In this document: positions 38,296 through 47,539 of the stretch, piece after piece
Layout: each line of letters starts with the position of its first letter
Numbering within the stretch: the first letter of the stretch is position 1
NCBI GenBank assembly: GCA_046570105.1
Contig: JBKHVI010000001.1
Coordinates: forward strand, 1-64,000
From: Bacteriovoracia bacterium
Lineage (GTDB): Bacteria; Bdellovibrionota; Bacteriovoracia; Bacteriovoracales; Bacteriovoracaceae
Length of the DNA: 64,000 nucleotides
Direction of reading: 5' to 3'
Program-made: the position numbers and the translations under genes
Notes under the pieces: generated by a model
Database searches by the model: none
The model's input: the letters and a program-made list of their open reading frames with translations, nothing else
What the model was told of the DNA's origin: nothing

Positions 38296-40992
38296 ATGAT
38301 ATCAAGAACTTCCCCCAGCCTAGTGACAAAATGCGCCAGTGAGCGGGGCCAAATCAGCATCTTTTTTGCCTCCAGCTTGATCGTTTTGATTTCGATCATC
38401 GCTTTCGTCATCAATATTGGATTGTTCGTTAAGGCGAAGATCAACTTGCAAAATGCGACTGATGCCTCCGCCTATGCCGGTGCAGCTGTTCAAGCCCGTA
38501 TGCTCACTCGCATCGGTTACATGAATTGGGAAATGCGCAACGTCTACAAAGAGTGGATGTTCAAATACTACGTGCTGGGAAATCTCAACATCGACGAAGT
38601 CGAGAATCCTGATATCGCTGGGGATAACATCAGTTTTGCCATGCGACCGGATCCCAACCTCAGTGCCGCTCAAGGTGGAACTGATATTTATAATTTTCCC
38701 TCTGTGTGTCTACACTATGCGGGCGTTCCCACTAACGTCTGTCGTCGCTACGCTGTTCCCGGTATCCCGCGCTTTGAACCCACTAACCTCGTCGGTATTG
38801 ATGAGACCACTTCTTCATTTATTGATGCCATTGTAAAAGAAAAATCGAGTGACTGCTCCAAGCGCACGCAACTGAATTACAACGTCACAAATATGTGGGC
38901 CTACAACTTGAATGATGGCACCACTTCCAGTTCAACTGCTTTTGCAGATGCGCCACAGATTGCTGCTGATCGAGTGGGAGCGTGGCCCAAGGCCGTTGAA
39001 CTTGCCATTCGCACGCGCTCACTTGAATTTGCGATGAATCGTGCTCCTATTTCAGAGGGAGTTTGTAACCCCAACACAGGCCAAGGCTCGCCGGGCTGTC
39101 GAAGTGTAAAAGATTTTGAATCGCAACAACACTACGGTAATGAACGAATCATTAAGGCCTATTATTCAGGCATGAGAAATTTGGGAAGTGATCGCGACAA
39201 TGAAATGCGCGCGAGCTACACCATGTTTGAACTTCCTCCTACTCAAGTTGAAATACCTTCTGAAAATTCTCTCAGTGCACTTTTGATGAGTCCCGATGCA
39301 CGTAATGCGGGTAAATGGTTTGTTGATTTACAACTCCACCTCGTCAACTACGCAACTTTTTTCACCGCGCTCATTGCTCGTGACGATAGTCTTTCTGTCT
39401 CTGGGCAGACGGTGGTAGCAGAAGGTGCTTGTGACGTTTCCAAAATCGCCATTCCGGTTCCTGGTTATCCGTTAGGTTTTATAAAAAATCCAGATGTCCT
39501 CACCTACTACGCAGTTCGTGGAGAAGCAAAATTTCAAGGGCTCTTTAATCCCTTCTCTGGCCCCGTAAAACTGACTGCATGGGCCGCCGCTAAACCCATG
39601 GGTGGAAGAATTGGCCCCGCATTGTTTCGTCAGAGTACAGAAAACACTATTGCTTCACGAACGACGGCTAACAAGAAACGCTCGACTGCTTACTTGAGTG
39701 GCCTCAACCTCACAGATGTACCCAGAAAGGGTGGCGGTGGTAATGTTCCGCTAGGTCAATATGCTCCTGGTATGCCCATTCCAATTAATATGTCGGCAAA
39801 CCCCGAGGGACGCTTCTGGATCAGCGACGCTGGAGACGATGTCGGCGGATGGATTGCGGGACCTAGTATTGTCTTTGGAATTCCTAACTTGGTTTATGAT
39901 TTTGATTTAGATGCAACCGAATCAGGCGAAGTGACTTATCAATCAGGCAGCCAGGACACCAATGTTATCACTCCGGCAGCAGTAGGAAGCGAAGACAACT
40001 ATTCCAAAGGACTTTTTAAAACCAGTCAGTTCAAAAAATTTAAAGAGAATCTAGTTGGAACAGATGATCCGCTAGCGATTGCCACTTCGATCAGCAAAGT
40101 GCGTGCCCCGACTCGTTACGAGGCGGCTAATTATACGGTTCCTGTGCCATCGGAACTCAGCGTGAACGAAGATATTGATGGTGGCACGATGGATACTTTT
40201 GGTTTTGTGACTGGCCCCAACGAAGATGATCGGCGATTTGCGCAAATTTATGCGCCTCTTTATGGGGCGCAAGAAGATGCCATGTATAAAAATGCACCCG
40301 ACGTCGTAAACGCTATTCACACTTTCATGCAGCAACAATCGCAGGCCATGACAAAATACCGCAATTCGATGAATCAAGTGGCGAAAAGAATTTTTCTAGA
40401 TAACCCCGATAAATATCGAGATGCGGCTGAACGAATTTCAAATTTTGATTTTAACCAAGATGCGAACTCAAGCAATCCACTTAACTGCAGAAGTATTACG
40501 GGATCGTTCTTGTGGTTTTATTTTAATGGTGAGGGCAGTCTCGCTGTCAGTAATGCCGATGGACTTTGCCCGACGAGTTTCAAAACTAGTATTGAAACTT
40601 ATTTCACGACCCTAAGCGATAGGTTCAATCCCACTTCACACATTATTGAATATTCGTACAAAGAGGATATGCCTGGCTTAGCTAATTTTTCGCAACTTTT
40701 AACGGGCTATATGCCTGGGCCATTACGTGGTGCAGACCAGAGAGGAATATTTAATACTCCGTTTGGAGGGGCCACTAACTCCGAAACAATGAGACGCACA
40801 GGATACTCCACCAAGCTCGTAACAGTGAAATCGCTGACTGGTTCAGGCAACTATGGTCTAGGGGCCGCTGTAGGATTTGCCATGTACTCTGAGGGTAATC
40901 CCACAACGCTCCAGGAAGACGTAAAACAGAATGCTTTACGCAATGCTTTGGACCTGACCCTAAGCGGCGTCCCTGCAACTATCAATCACTGA
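38296..40992 (+). CDS. large Tad domain (TadE/G-like pseudopilin N-terminus) protein
   Basis: ERGQISIFFA cleavage-type motif, TM helix, LQNATDASAYAGA. Confidence 0.8.
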   Translation: MISRTSPSLVTKCASERGQISIFFASSLIVLISIIAFVINIGLFVKAKINLQNATDASAYAGAAVQARMLTRIGYMNWEMRNVYKEWMFKYYVLGNLNIDEVENPDIAGDNISFAMRPDPNLSAAQGGTDIYNFPSVCLHYAGVPTNVCRRYAVPGIPRFEPTNLVGIDETTSSFIDAIVKEKSSDCSKRTQLNYNVTNMWAYNLNDGTTSSSTAFADAPQIAADRVGAWPKAVELAIRTRSLEFAMNRAPISEGVCNPNTGQGSPGCRSVKDFESQQHYGNERIIKAYYSGMRNLGSDRDNEMRASYTMFELPPTQVEIPSENSLSALLMSPDARNAGKWFVDLQLHLVNYATFFTALIARDDSLSVSGQTVVAEGACDVSKIAIPVPGYPLGFIKNPDVLTYYAVRGEAKFQGLFNPFSGPVKLTAWAAAKPMGGRIGPALFRQSTENTIASRTTANKKRSTAYLSGLNLTDVPRKGGGGNVPLGQYAPGMPIPINMSANPEGRFWISDAGDDVGGWIAGPSIVFGIPNLVYDFDLDATESGEVTYQSGSQDTNVITPAAVGSEDNYSKGLFKTSQFKKFKENLVGTDDPLAIATSISKVRAPTRYEAANYTVPVPSELSVNEDIDGGTMDTFGFVTGPNEDDRRFAQIYAPLYGAQEDAMYKNAPDVVNAIHTFMQQQSQAMTKYRNSMNQVAKRIFLDNPDKYRDAAERISNFDFNQDANSSNPLNCRSITGSFLWFYFNGEGSLAVSNADGLCPTSFKTSIETYFTTLSDRFNPTSHIIEYSYKEDMPGLANFSQLLTGYMPGPLRGADQRGIFNTPFGGATNSETMRRTGYSTKLVTVKSLTGSGNYGLGAAVGFAMYSEGNPTTLQEDVKQNALRNALDLTLSGVPATINH

Positions 40993-41063
40993 TGCTTGCC
41001 CAACAAATTCGCGGCTTTTATACTAGATAAAGTTTTTCCTCCCCCTTCAGCAAAGGATCATTT

Positions 41064-41642
41064 GTGGCCGCTAAAAAAGTAAAAAAAGCTCCTGCAAAAA
41101 AAGCAGCTAAAAAACCAGCTAAGAAAGTCGCTGCTAAGAAACCAGCGAAAAAAGTCGCCGCTAAAAAGCCGGCGAAAAAAGTCGCCGCTAAGAAGCCAGC
41201 GAAAAAAGTAGCTGCCAAGAAGCCAGCGAAAAAAGTAGCTGCCAAGAAGCCAGCGAACAAAGCTGCTGCTCCTGCTAAGAAAGCGGCACCAAAAGCTGCT
41301 GCTAAAGAAAGCAAGAAAGCCAAGGTCGTCGTTCTTCCTGCTGTTGTTCCTGCAACACCTGCTCATGCAAAAACGGCTGCCTTTGACGAAGACTACAATT
41401 CTGATGGCGCTGATGAATTTGACGCTGACTTTGATGATGAAGAAGAAGAAACTCCTGCCAAGCCAGCTGCTGACGAGCCAGCTGAAGAAGAGGAAGAAGA
41501 GGGATCTTATGGTTACGGTTGGGGCTATGAGGAAGGCCTTGATAACCCAGAGGAAGCCGAGGAAGAAGACGAAATCTTTGATGAAGATGAAGAGTACGTT
41601 AAGGGCCCCAAAAAGCCTGAGACAGAGGAAGAAGACGATTAG
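41064..41642 (+). CDS. histone H1-like basic repeat protein with acidic C-terminal half
   Basis: KKPAKKVAA repeats followed by D/E-rich tail; AAAGGA RBS, GTG start, own terminator. Confidence 0.8.
   Translation: MAAKKVKKAPAKKAAKKPAKKVAAKKPAKKVAAKKPAKKVAAKKPAKKVAAKKPAKKVAAKKPANKAAAPAKKAAPKAAAKESKKAKVVVLPAVVPATPAHAKTAAFDEDYNSDGADEFDADFDDEEEETPAKPAADEPAEEEEEEGSYGYGWGYEEGLDNPEEAEEEDEIFDEDEEYVKGPKKPETEEEDD
41109..41259 (+). repeat. 27-bp coding tandem repeat (KKPAKKVAA), about 5.5 units
   Basis: Repeated aa(a/g)aa(a/g)cc(a/g)gc(g/t)aa(a/g)aaagt(c/a)gc(t/c)gc(t/c) with synonymous variation. Confidence 0.85.
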
Positions 41643-41663
41643 TCAGTTCAACATGGAATACTC

Positions 41664-41694
41664 AGAAGTGGCCCAAACGGGCCACTTCTTTTTT
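41664..41694 (+). terminator. intrinsic terminator
   Basis: agaagtggccc-aaac-gggccacttct plus T tract. Confidence 0.85.
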
Positions 41695-41702
41695 AAGGCG
41701 AT

Positions 41703-41954
41703 ATGAAAAAACTAGCTCTCTATTATTTTGATGAATGCCCTTACTGCCAGATCGTCATTCGTGCCTTGAGCGAGACTAAGCTCACTGAACATGTCACAAT
41801 GAATAATATAAGAAAGGTCGCAGCTCATCGAGAAAAGCTCATGAATGATACGGGAAGATCAACCGTGCCATGCCTCTATATCGATGACAAACCAATGTTT
41901 GAGAGTCGTGATATTGCCCGCTGGCTTCATGATTATGCCAAAACGTTGAAGTAA
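41703..41954 (+). CDS. glutaredoxin-like protein
   Basis: CPYC, TVPCLYID, ESRDI. Confidence 0.88.
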   Translation: MKKLALYYFDECPYCQIVIRALSETKLTEHVTMNNIRKVAAHREKLMNDTGRSTVPCLYIDDKPMFESRDIARWLHDYAKTLK

Positions 41955-41964
41955 GGAGTCAGTA

Positions 41965-43260
41965 GTGGAAATTCGAGATCCCGTCCATGGCTCAATCGCA
42001 ATCCACGATGCAGAGATTCCCATTATCGATCATCCGCTCTTTCAGCGATTGAGAAATATTAAACAACTGGGTTTTTCTGAATTTGTTTTTCCTGGTGCCA
42101 CTCACACTCGCTACTTACATTCAATTGGCGTAATGAATGTGGGCACGCTCGTTTTTAATGCTCTCTTCAAAGACAACCTCTACGACAAAGAAGTTTTGCG
42201 TCTACGTCAAACACTTCGACTTGGCTGTCTTCTCCATGACATTGGTCATGCTCCCCTCTCTCACGCCACCGAGAGTGTCATGCCAATGGTGGCTGAACTG
42301 AAACTTCCTAAACGGTTTGATGCGGGTAAAGCTCGCCAGGCTTCTCACGAAGACTACACTCTCAAAAGTATTGTGGACTCGAGTTTTACGAGTTCTTTCA
42401 AAGCCGTTCGCGCTGAATTCGGTGTCACTCCAGAAGCCGTTGCCGAATTAGTCTTAGGCGAAACCAGCGATCCTGCTTATTTTAAAATCGGCGGCGTTGA
42501 TTATTTCCCACTACTCCACCAACTTGTCTCATCAGAGATGGACTGTGATCGCATGGATTATCTCTTGCGTGACAGCTATTTTTGCGGCGTGAGCTACGGG
42601 AAATTTGATCTCGACTGGATTATTGATAATCTTAAATCATGTGAAGAAAATGGCAGATCTTACTTAGGAATTAGTGAACGAGCCGTCTCAACGTTCGATG
42701 ATTTTCTCTTAAGCCGCTTTCATATGTTTATGATGGTGTATTTCCACTATCGTGCCGTCTGCCTCGAACAAATGCTTATGCGTTACTTCAAAGCCTCAGG
42801 CACTTCTGAATATGCTATTCCTGCCGACATTGAAGCGTATCTCGATCACGATGACCCACATCTTTGGAAAATTCTACGGAAGAGCCAAGATCCTTGGGCG
42901 AAACGAGTCGTCAGAAATCACATCCCTCGCAAAGTGATGGAAACATTTGGGCCAGACGGTGAAGACCGCATGGCTCAACTTGAGACATTCCTAAAAACAG
43001 CCAACATTGATTACATTAAGTGTTCCTCCAAGGGCAGACTTTCAAAATATTACGCCGACTCAGCCCCACCGAATACTTATCCAATGAAAGTTTTGCGTGA
43101 AGCTCCTCTGGCCGGCGACAAACGTCACATCAATGTAAATCAAGCGACAGATCTCTTTGAGAAATACTCTAAGAGCCACGCAGTCACTCGTCTCCATCTC
43201 GATTACGATGAACTCTCTGCAAATGAGCAGAAGGCCATCCTCGATATTGTGAGGGCCTAG
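41965..43260 (+). CDS. HD-domain phosphohydrolase (SAMHD1/YwfO-like dNTPase family)
   Basis: RDPVHG, FQRLRNIKQLG, HTRYLHSIG, LLHDIGHAPLSH, DCDRMDYLLRDS. Confidence 0.9.
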   Translation: MEIRDPVHGSIAIHDAEIPIIDHPLFQRLRNIKQLGFSEFVFPGATHTRYLHSIGVMNVGTLVFNALFKDNLYDKEVLRLRQTLRLGCLLHDIGHAPLSHATESVMPMVAELKLPKRFDAGKARQASHEDYTLKSIVDSSFTSSFKAVRAEFGVTPEAVAELVLGETSDPAYFKIGGVDYFPLLHQLVSSEMDCDRMDYLLRDSYFCGVSYGKFDLDWIIDNLKSCEENGRSYLGISERAVSTFDDFLLSRFHMFMMVYFHYRAVCLEQMLMRYFKASGTSEYAIPADIEAYLDHDDPHLWKILRKSQDPWAKRVVRNHIPRKVMETFGPDGEDRMAQLETFLKTANIDYIKCSSKGRLSKYYADSAPPNTYPMKVLREAPLAGDKRHINVNQATDLFEKYSKSHAVTRLHLDYDELSANEQKAILDIVRA

Positions 43261-43261
43261 C

Positions 43262-43921
43262 GTGCAAAAGATATTCCTCTATTTCACTCTAGTCATTTTC
43301 TACTTGGGGTTGTCGAAAACACTTTCGCCGACTGAGTTAGGAATGGACTATGTACCCAATGAGAGAGGATTATCGAAAATCATTCCAGGTCAAAACGTCA
43401 CAGTTATCTTAACTGACACTCATGCCACCGGCTTTGTGATTAAAACTTATTATCAAAAATATCGTTTGGTTTATGGCTTTCAAGGCGTAGAAGAAATGAT
43501 CGTACGCACGTCACGGGATTTCGCTTTGAAAAACCGCCAAAACATCGGCATGTCACTCTTTAGGCGACAAGATGGCGCAGAAGAAAGCCTACCCATGCCA
43601 CCAGGTGTAACCTATGTCGGGCATAGAGGATTTGGGGAATGGCGAGCTGACAAAAAAGGTGTGATGCGCTGGAGATTTTATCGCGCTTACAAAAACCTCC
43701 CTCGCTATTTAGGCTGGGGACGTTGGCGTCCTGATGTGACCTTCCAAGAGGACTACATCAGTTTCCGTGAAAGGAAAAAACCATTCTATGGGCGCGAACA
43801 AGAGTTTGGCTCGGATGGAAAAATCACAAAAAAGAATTTTCCCAATTTTTTCAAACCTGAACGTCAAAAGAAAGTTGATCTCAAAAGCTTGTTAGTTCGC
43901 TACTTAAAAGAGAACTTCTAA
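43262..43921 (+). CDS. hypothetical membrane-anchored protein
   Basis: N-terminal TM; PPGVTYVG..GEW aromatic-rich region. Confidence 0.7.
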   Translation: MQKIFLYFTLVIFYLGLSKTLSPTELGMDYVPNERGLSKIIPGQNVTVILTDTHATGFVIKTYYQKYRLVYGFQGVEEMIVRTSRDFALKNRQNIGMSLFRRQDGAEESLPMPPGVTYVGHRGFGEWRADKKGVMRWRFYRAYKNLPRYLGWGRWRPDVTFQEDYISFRERKKPFYGREQEFGSDGKITKKNFPNFFKPERQKKVDLKSLLVRYLKENF

Positions 43922-43938
43922 GAGAGAAAGGCAGTTAT

Positions 43939-44841
43939 ATGAATGAAATTTTTGATCGACTCCTCATTCGCATCATTTTGGTGGCCATCGTTTGTGCCAT
44001 GCTCTTTATCTATAAATATGCCCATGTACTGTTTTATCCTAGTATGAAGCAGCAAATGACCAAACGATTCTATCCGGCACAAAATCCCGCCGACACCCTC
44101 CACATGTTTTCGCGTCTCATTGGTTTCGCTGTCATTTTAAGCTCTCTCGGTTTCGATGAAAGCCATGGCCTTTTTCTTAGTATTTTCCATTTCCTCGTTT
44201 GGGGCACTCTCACTTGTGGGCTTTATCTCATCTCACTCTTCATTATCGAAAGCATCGTGCTTTATAACTTCGAATACAAAGATGAGATCCTCAAACGCCA
44301 GAACTTAAGCTACGCGACAGTTTGTTTTTCCCATGCCCTTGCCGTGGCCTATGTGACACGAGCCGTAGTCGATCAATCAGAAAACTCTTTGGTTATTCTT
44401 TTTGTACTCTGGCTACTCTCGATGGTTTTTTTGGGCTTCGGTTCACGCTACTACTCTCTTTTAACAAAATTGAATTTTGACCGTTTGATCACTCAACAGA
44501 AGCCGACGATTGCCCTATCTTATATGGGTTTTACCATCGGCCTTGGATGGTTGGTGGGAGAGAGCTTCACCCAAGAACACTACGACATCACCATGTACTG
44601 CGTTCAGGTATTGCTCAAAATGCTCTTGGCGCTGATTATCTACCCACTTTTTAAACGCGGACTTGAGTATGTCTTCAAAACCCGCATCTATGCCGCTGGG
44701 CCCGACTCTGCTCCTCAGGACGTCGATGTCCAGAACTGGGGCTATGGATTTTACGAGTGTGCCCTCTTTATCGCGTCAGCAATCCTGACTTCGATGATCG
44801 TGAATCATATCCAATTCGGCACGATTTACCCCTTCTTCTAA
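43939..44841 (+). CDS. multi-pass membrane protein, DUF350-like duplication
   Basis: About 8 TM segments; DEILKRQNLSYA resembles the DUF350 pattern. Confidence 0.6.
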   Translation: MNEIFDRLLIRIILVAIVCAMLFIYKYAHVLFYPSMKQQMTKRFYPAQNPADTLHMFSRLIGFAVILSSLGFDESHGLFLSIFHFLVWGTLTCGLYLISLFIIESIVLYNFEYKDEILKRQNLSYATVCFSHALAVAYVTRAVVDQSENSLVILFVLWLLSMVFLGFGSRYYSLLTKLNFDRLITQQKPTIALSYMGFTIGLGWLVGESFTQEHYDITMYCVQVLLKMLLALIIYPLFKRGLEYVFKTRIYAAGPDSAPQDVDVQNWGYGFYECALFIASAILTSMIVNHIQFGTIYPFF

Positions 44842-44891
44842 GCCACTCTCCAGAAGAGGTAAAATAGAGCTTGGGACAGGAGGTCCCGAGC

Positions 44892-45428
44892 ATGGGAATT
44901 CGCGAAAAAATTCAAAGCAACGTTTTTCATCTCATCAATCTTTTGACTGGTCGCCTCGCTGCGGTTGAGCGTCGTGTGATGAGATTGCAAGAAGAAGTTG
45001 ATCGCCAACTCGCCATTCAACGTAGTCAGATGGTGCGAATCAAAAATCGCGAAGAAATCAGCGATGACTTTATTTTACGTGGAAAAAGCTACAACGATCT
45101 TTCTCCCGAAAAAGCCTGGAAGTTATTCCAACAAAAAGATTTTGATTTTGTTTTCTTGGATGTCTCTCACAGCGATTTTGAACCTGAAGGTCAGCGCCCA
45201 GGTGTGACGATCCATATTCCATTAGAAGAACTCGAGCGTCGCTGGGATGAAATTCCTAATCACTCCACCCCTGTTTTTATTATTTCCGAAGAAGGCCTGC
45301 GCTCAGTTTTGGCCTGCGACTATCTGGCCACCAAGGGCTACTTCAATTGCAATAATGTGTCTGGGGGATGGAAATTCTGGCCAGGGCATCGCTTAGTAGA
45401 TGTCTCTAAGCGAGAAGCGAGCGCTTAA
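44892..45428 (+). CDS. coiled coil + rhodanese-like domain protein
   Basis: FLDVS, IHIPLEEL, GLRS, NVSGGWKFW; AGGAGG RBS. Confidence 0.75.
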   Translation: MGIREKIQSNVFHLINLLTGRLAAVERRVMRLQEEVDRQLAIQRSQMVRIKNREEISDDFILRGKSYNDLSPEKAWKLFQQKDFDFVFLDVSHSDFEPEGQRPGVTIHIPLEELERRWDEIPNHSTPVFIISEEGLRSVLACDYLATKGYFNCNNVSGGWKFWPGHRLVDVSKREASA

Positions 45429-45473
45429 CTTCAAGCCTTAGGCTCAACTGATGAATTTGAGATTTTCAAGCGC

Positions 45474-45929
45474 TTAGATCAGCGTGCCTTTCTTCTGACT
45501 GCTGATTAATTCTTTGTGCAAGTTCTCAAGCATCAACTCCACACGATCAAGCTCAACCTCACCTAGTTTGCGTGAGTAATGAAGCTCGATATCGTTAATA
45601 ACCTGCAATAGATTGATTTTGAATTTCTCGCCATAATCAGTGAGTTTCACCAACTGCTCGCGCTTATCCACATCTGAGTTATGACGTTTAACGTAGCCGC
45701 GTCTTTCGAGCTCGTTGAGATGGCTCGTCATGGTCTGCTTTTTGAGACCGCAGGCCTTGCCAATTAATTTAATCGAGGGTGAGTCGTGTTCGCTAAGGAA
45801 CATGAGGATCTCTAAAAACGATGCTCTCAAATCGGTGAAACCTCTACCTTGGAGTTCATGAATGAGCTCTACGCTGTAGAGGCGATAGATCTGTTTAACT
45901 AAACTTCCGATGTGGGCTATTCGTCGCAT
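45474..45929 (-). CDS. MarR family transcriptional regulator
   Basis: KQTMTSHLNELERRGYVKR..DKREQLVKLTDYG. Confidence 0.9.
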   Translation of the reverse strand: MRRIAHIGSLVKQIYRLYSVELIHELQGRGFTDLRASFLEILMFLSEHDSPSIKLIGKACGLKKQTMTSHLNELERRGYVKRHNSDVDKREQLVKLTDYGEKFKINLLQVINDIELHYSRKLGEVELDRVELMLENLHKELISSQKKGTLI

Positions 45930-45963
45930 ATAGTATGAAGATAATACTATGCGACCCTATTGA

Positions 45964-46176
45964 TTACAACTGTAACTTAGTAAGAACTCGGCTGATCTCT
46001 TCAGGCAATGGCTTCTGCCCTTGGGCCTTACTTACTTCACCGCTAGATGCTTGAAATTCCTCAACTCCCTCAACCCAAAGATCCCATTTCACGCGCTCTT
46101 TAAGACTCACAGGAGCTTCAGCTAAAGCCGCAGATGAAAGTGTTAGGGCCAAAAGAATGAAAGCAAATAAGCGCAT
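45964..46176 (-). CDS. small secreted hypothetical protein
   Basis: MRLFAFILLALTLSSAALA signal peptide; GAGGAG RBS. Confidence 0.7.
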   Translation of the reverse strand: MRLFAFILLALTLSSAALAEAPVSLKERVKWDLWVEGVEEFQASSGEVSKAQGQKPLPEEISRVLTKLQL

Positions 46177-46251
46177 GTAAGTCTCCTCGTAGACCAAGGA
46201 TAAGGGATAACCCCACGTGCGTGGGGTTCCTGTGTAAAACTTATCAGGGGC

Positions 46252-46423
46252 TTTTAGATATATAACTCACAAGTAAAGTCCGAAGCTTAAATCAATTTAA
46301 AATCAAAGATTGATTGAGGACGCCTCAAGCATTCTACTAGAATGTGCCGTTCATCCTGGAACAGAACTCCCATTACTAATGGGGCCCTGAACCAGGATGA
46401 GACTTGTGAGTTATATTCTAAAA
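46252..46423. other. structured intergenic element, copy 2 (candidate ncRNA or non-autonomous mobile element)
   Basis: 22-bp terminal IR with one bulge (perfect 15 bp at 46260-46274 / 46402-46416), internal tcatcctgg/ccaggatga stem; core homologous to 32529-32693. Confidence 0.75.
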
Positions 46424-47539
46424 TCAGTTAAAGAAATTTCGACTATTACTGATCGCCGTGACCATTCCAATACAGACACCATAAGTGAGCATCGCGGATC
46501 CGCCATAACTCATCATGGGTAAGGGGATACCCACAATCGGCATAAGGCCTGAGACCATGCTCATATTAATAAAGGTGTGCCAGAAGAAGATCGCCATGAT
46601 GCCAATTACGAGAACTGAGTCGTAGAAGCGCTGGACCGAGGTCGCTAACCAAATCAAGCGTGTCATTAGAATCAAATATAAAAGCATAAGGAAAACTGAG
46701 CCGACAAAACCATGCTCTTCATTAAAAATGGCAAACACGAAGTCGGTATGGTTTTCCGGAAGATACTGCAAAGAGGCCTGCGAAGAGTTTTTAAAACCCT
46801 TTCCAAACAGACGACCCGAACCAATCGCGATCTCAGATTGAATAGCGTTGTAACCTGAACCTTTGGCATCGGCGTAGGGATCAATGAAGGTATGAATACG
46901 CTTACGTTGATATTCACGTAGTCCGAAGTTATACATTAGGACACCGCCAACCAAGGCAACAAGTCCTAGGGAAATAATCGTCTTCCACTTCAATCGCTTG
47001 TAGAAAATCACTAAGGAGAAAATAAGCAACAGGAGCATTCCGGTACCTAAGTCAGGTTGGAGAATAACCATGACGGCAGGAATTCCGGCGATGAGTCCTG
47101 GAACAGGAAGATCTGTGAGCGAAAGCTCCCTTTCCGGAGAAACACGAGAAAAATAGCGGGCCAGCGCCATCGCCAATCCCAGCTTCATAAACTCAGAAGG
47201 CTGCATACGAATCGGACCTAAATTCAACCAACGTTGCGCCCCCATCCCCACATCACCCATCACCATCACCAAAATCAACAGGAAGAAAGTCACGCCATAA
47301 GCGAAATAAGAGACGCGCTCAAATGTTTTAGGATTGAAAACAATACTGACAACGATCGCGACAACTGTAGCGAGTAGCCACCACATAATTTGTGAACGGT
47401 AGAGGTCACCAAGGCCTTCATGACTTTGCGAGTGAGTTGCCGAGTAGAGATTGAGAACGCCAATGAGAAAGATGGCAAAAAAGCTTCCAATAAAGCTGAA
47501 ATCGTATCGTTTAATATATTGCAGAATTGTTTGATACAT
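46424..47539 (-). CDS. rodA: rod shape-determining protein RodA
   Basis: GAQRW, QPSEFMK, QPDLGT, LPENHTDF, SYGGS; follows PBP2. Confidence 0.95.
   Translation of the reverse strand: MYQTILQYIKRYDFSFIGSFFAIFLIGVLNLYSATHSQSHEGLGDLYRSQIMWWLLATVVAIVVSIVFNPKTFERVSYFAYGVTFFLLILVMVMGDVGMGAQRWLNLGPIRMQPSEFMKLGLAMALARYFSRVSPERELSLTDLPVPGLIAGIPAVMVILQPDLGTGMLLLLIFSLVIFYKRLKWKTIISLGLVALVGGVLMYNFGLREYQRKRIHTFIDPYADAKGSGYNAIQSEIAIGSGRLFGKGFKNSSQASLQYLPENHTDFVFAIFNEEHGFVGSVFLMLLYLILMTRLIWLATSVQRFYDSVLVIGIMAIFFWHTFINMSMVSGLMPIVGIPLPMMSYGGSAMLTYGVCIGMVTAISNSRNFFN

Noticed and set aside
41018..41366. Hydrophobic FFAGFLAAT repeat ORFs on the - strand
   Set aside because: Antisense shadow of the KKPAKKVAA gene, which has the RBS and terminator
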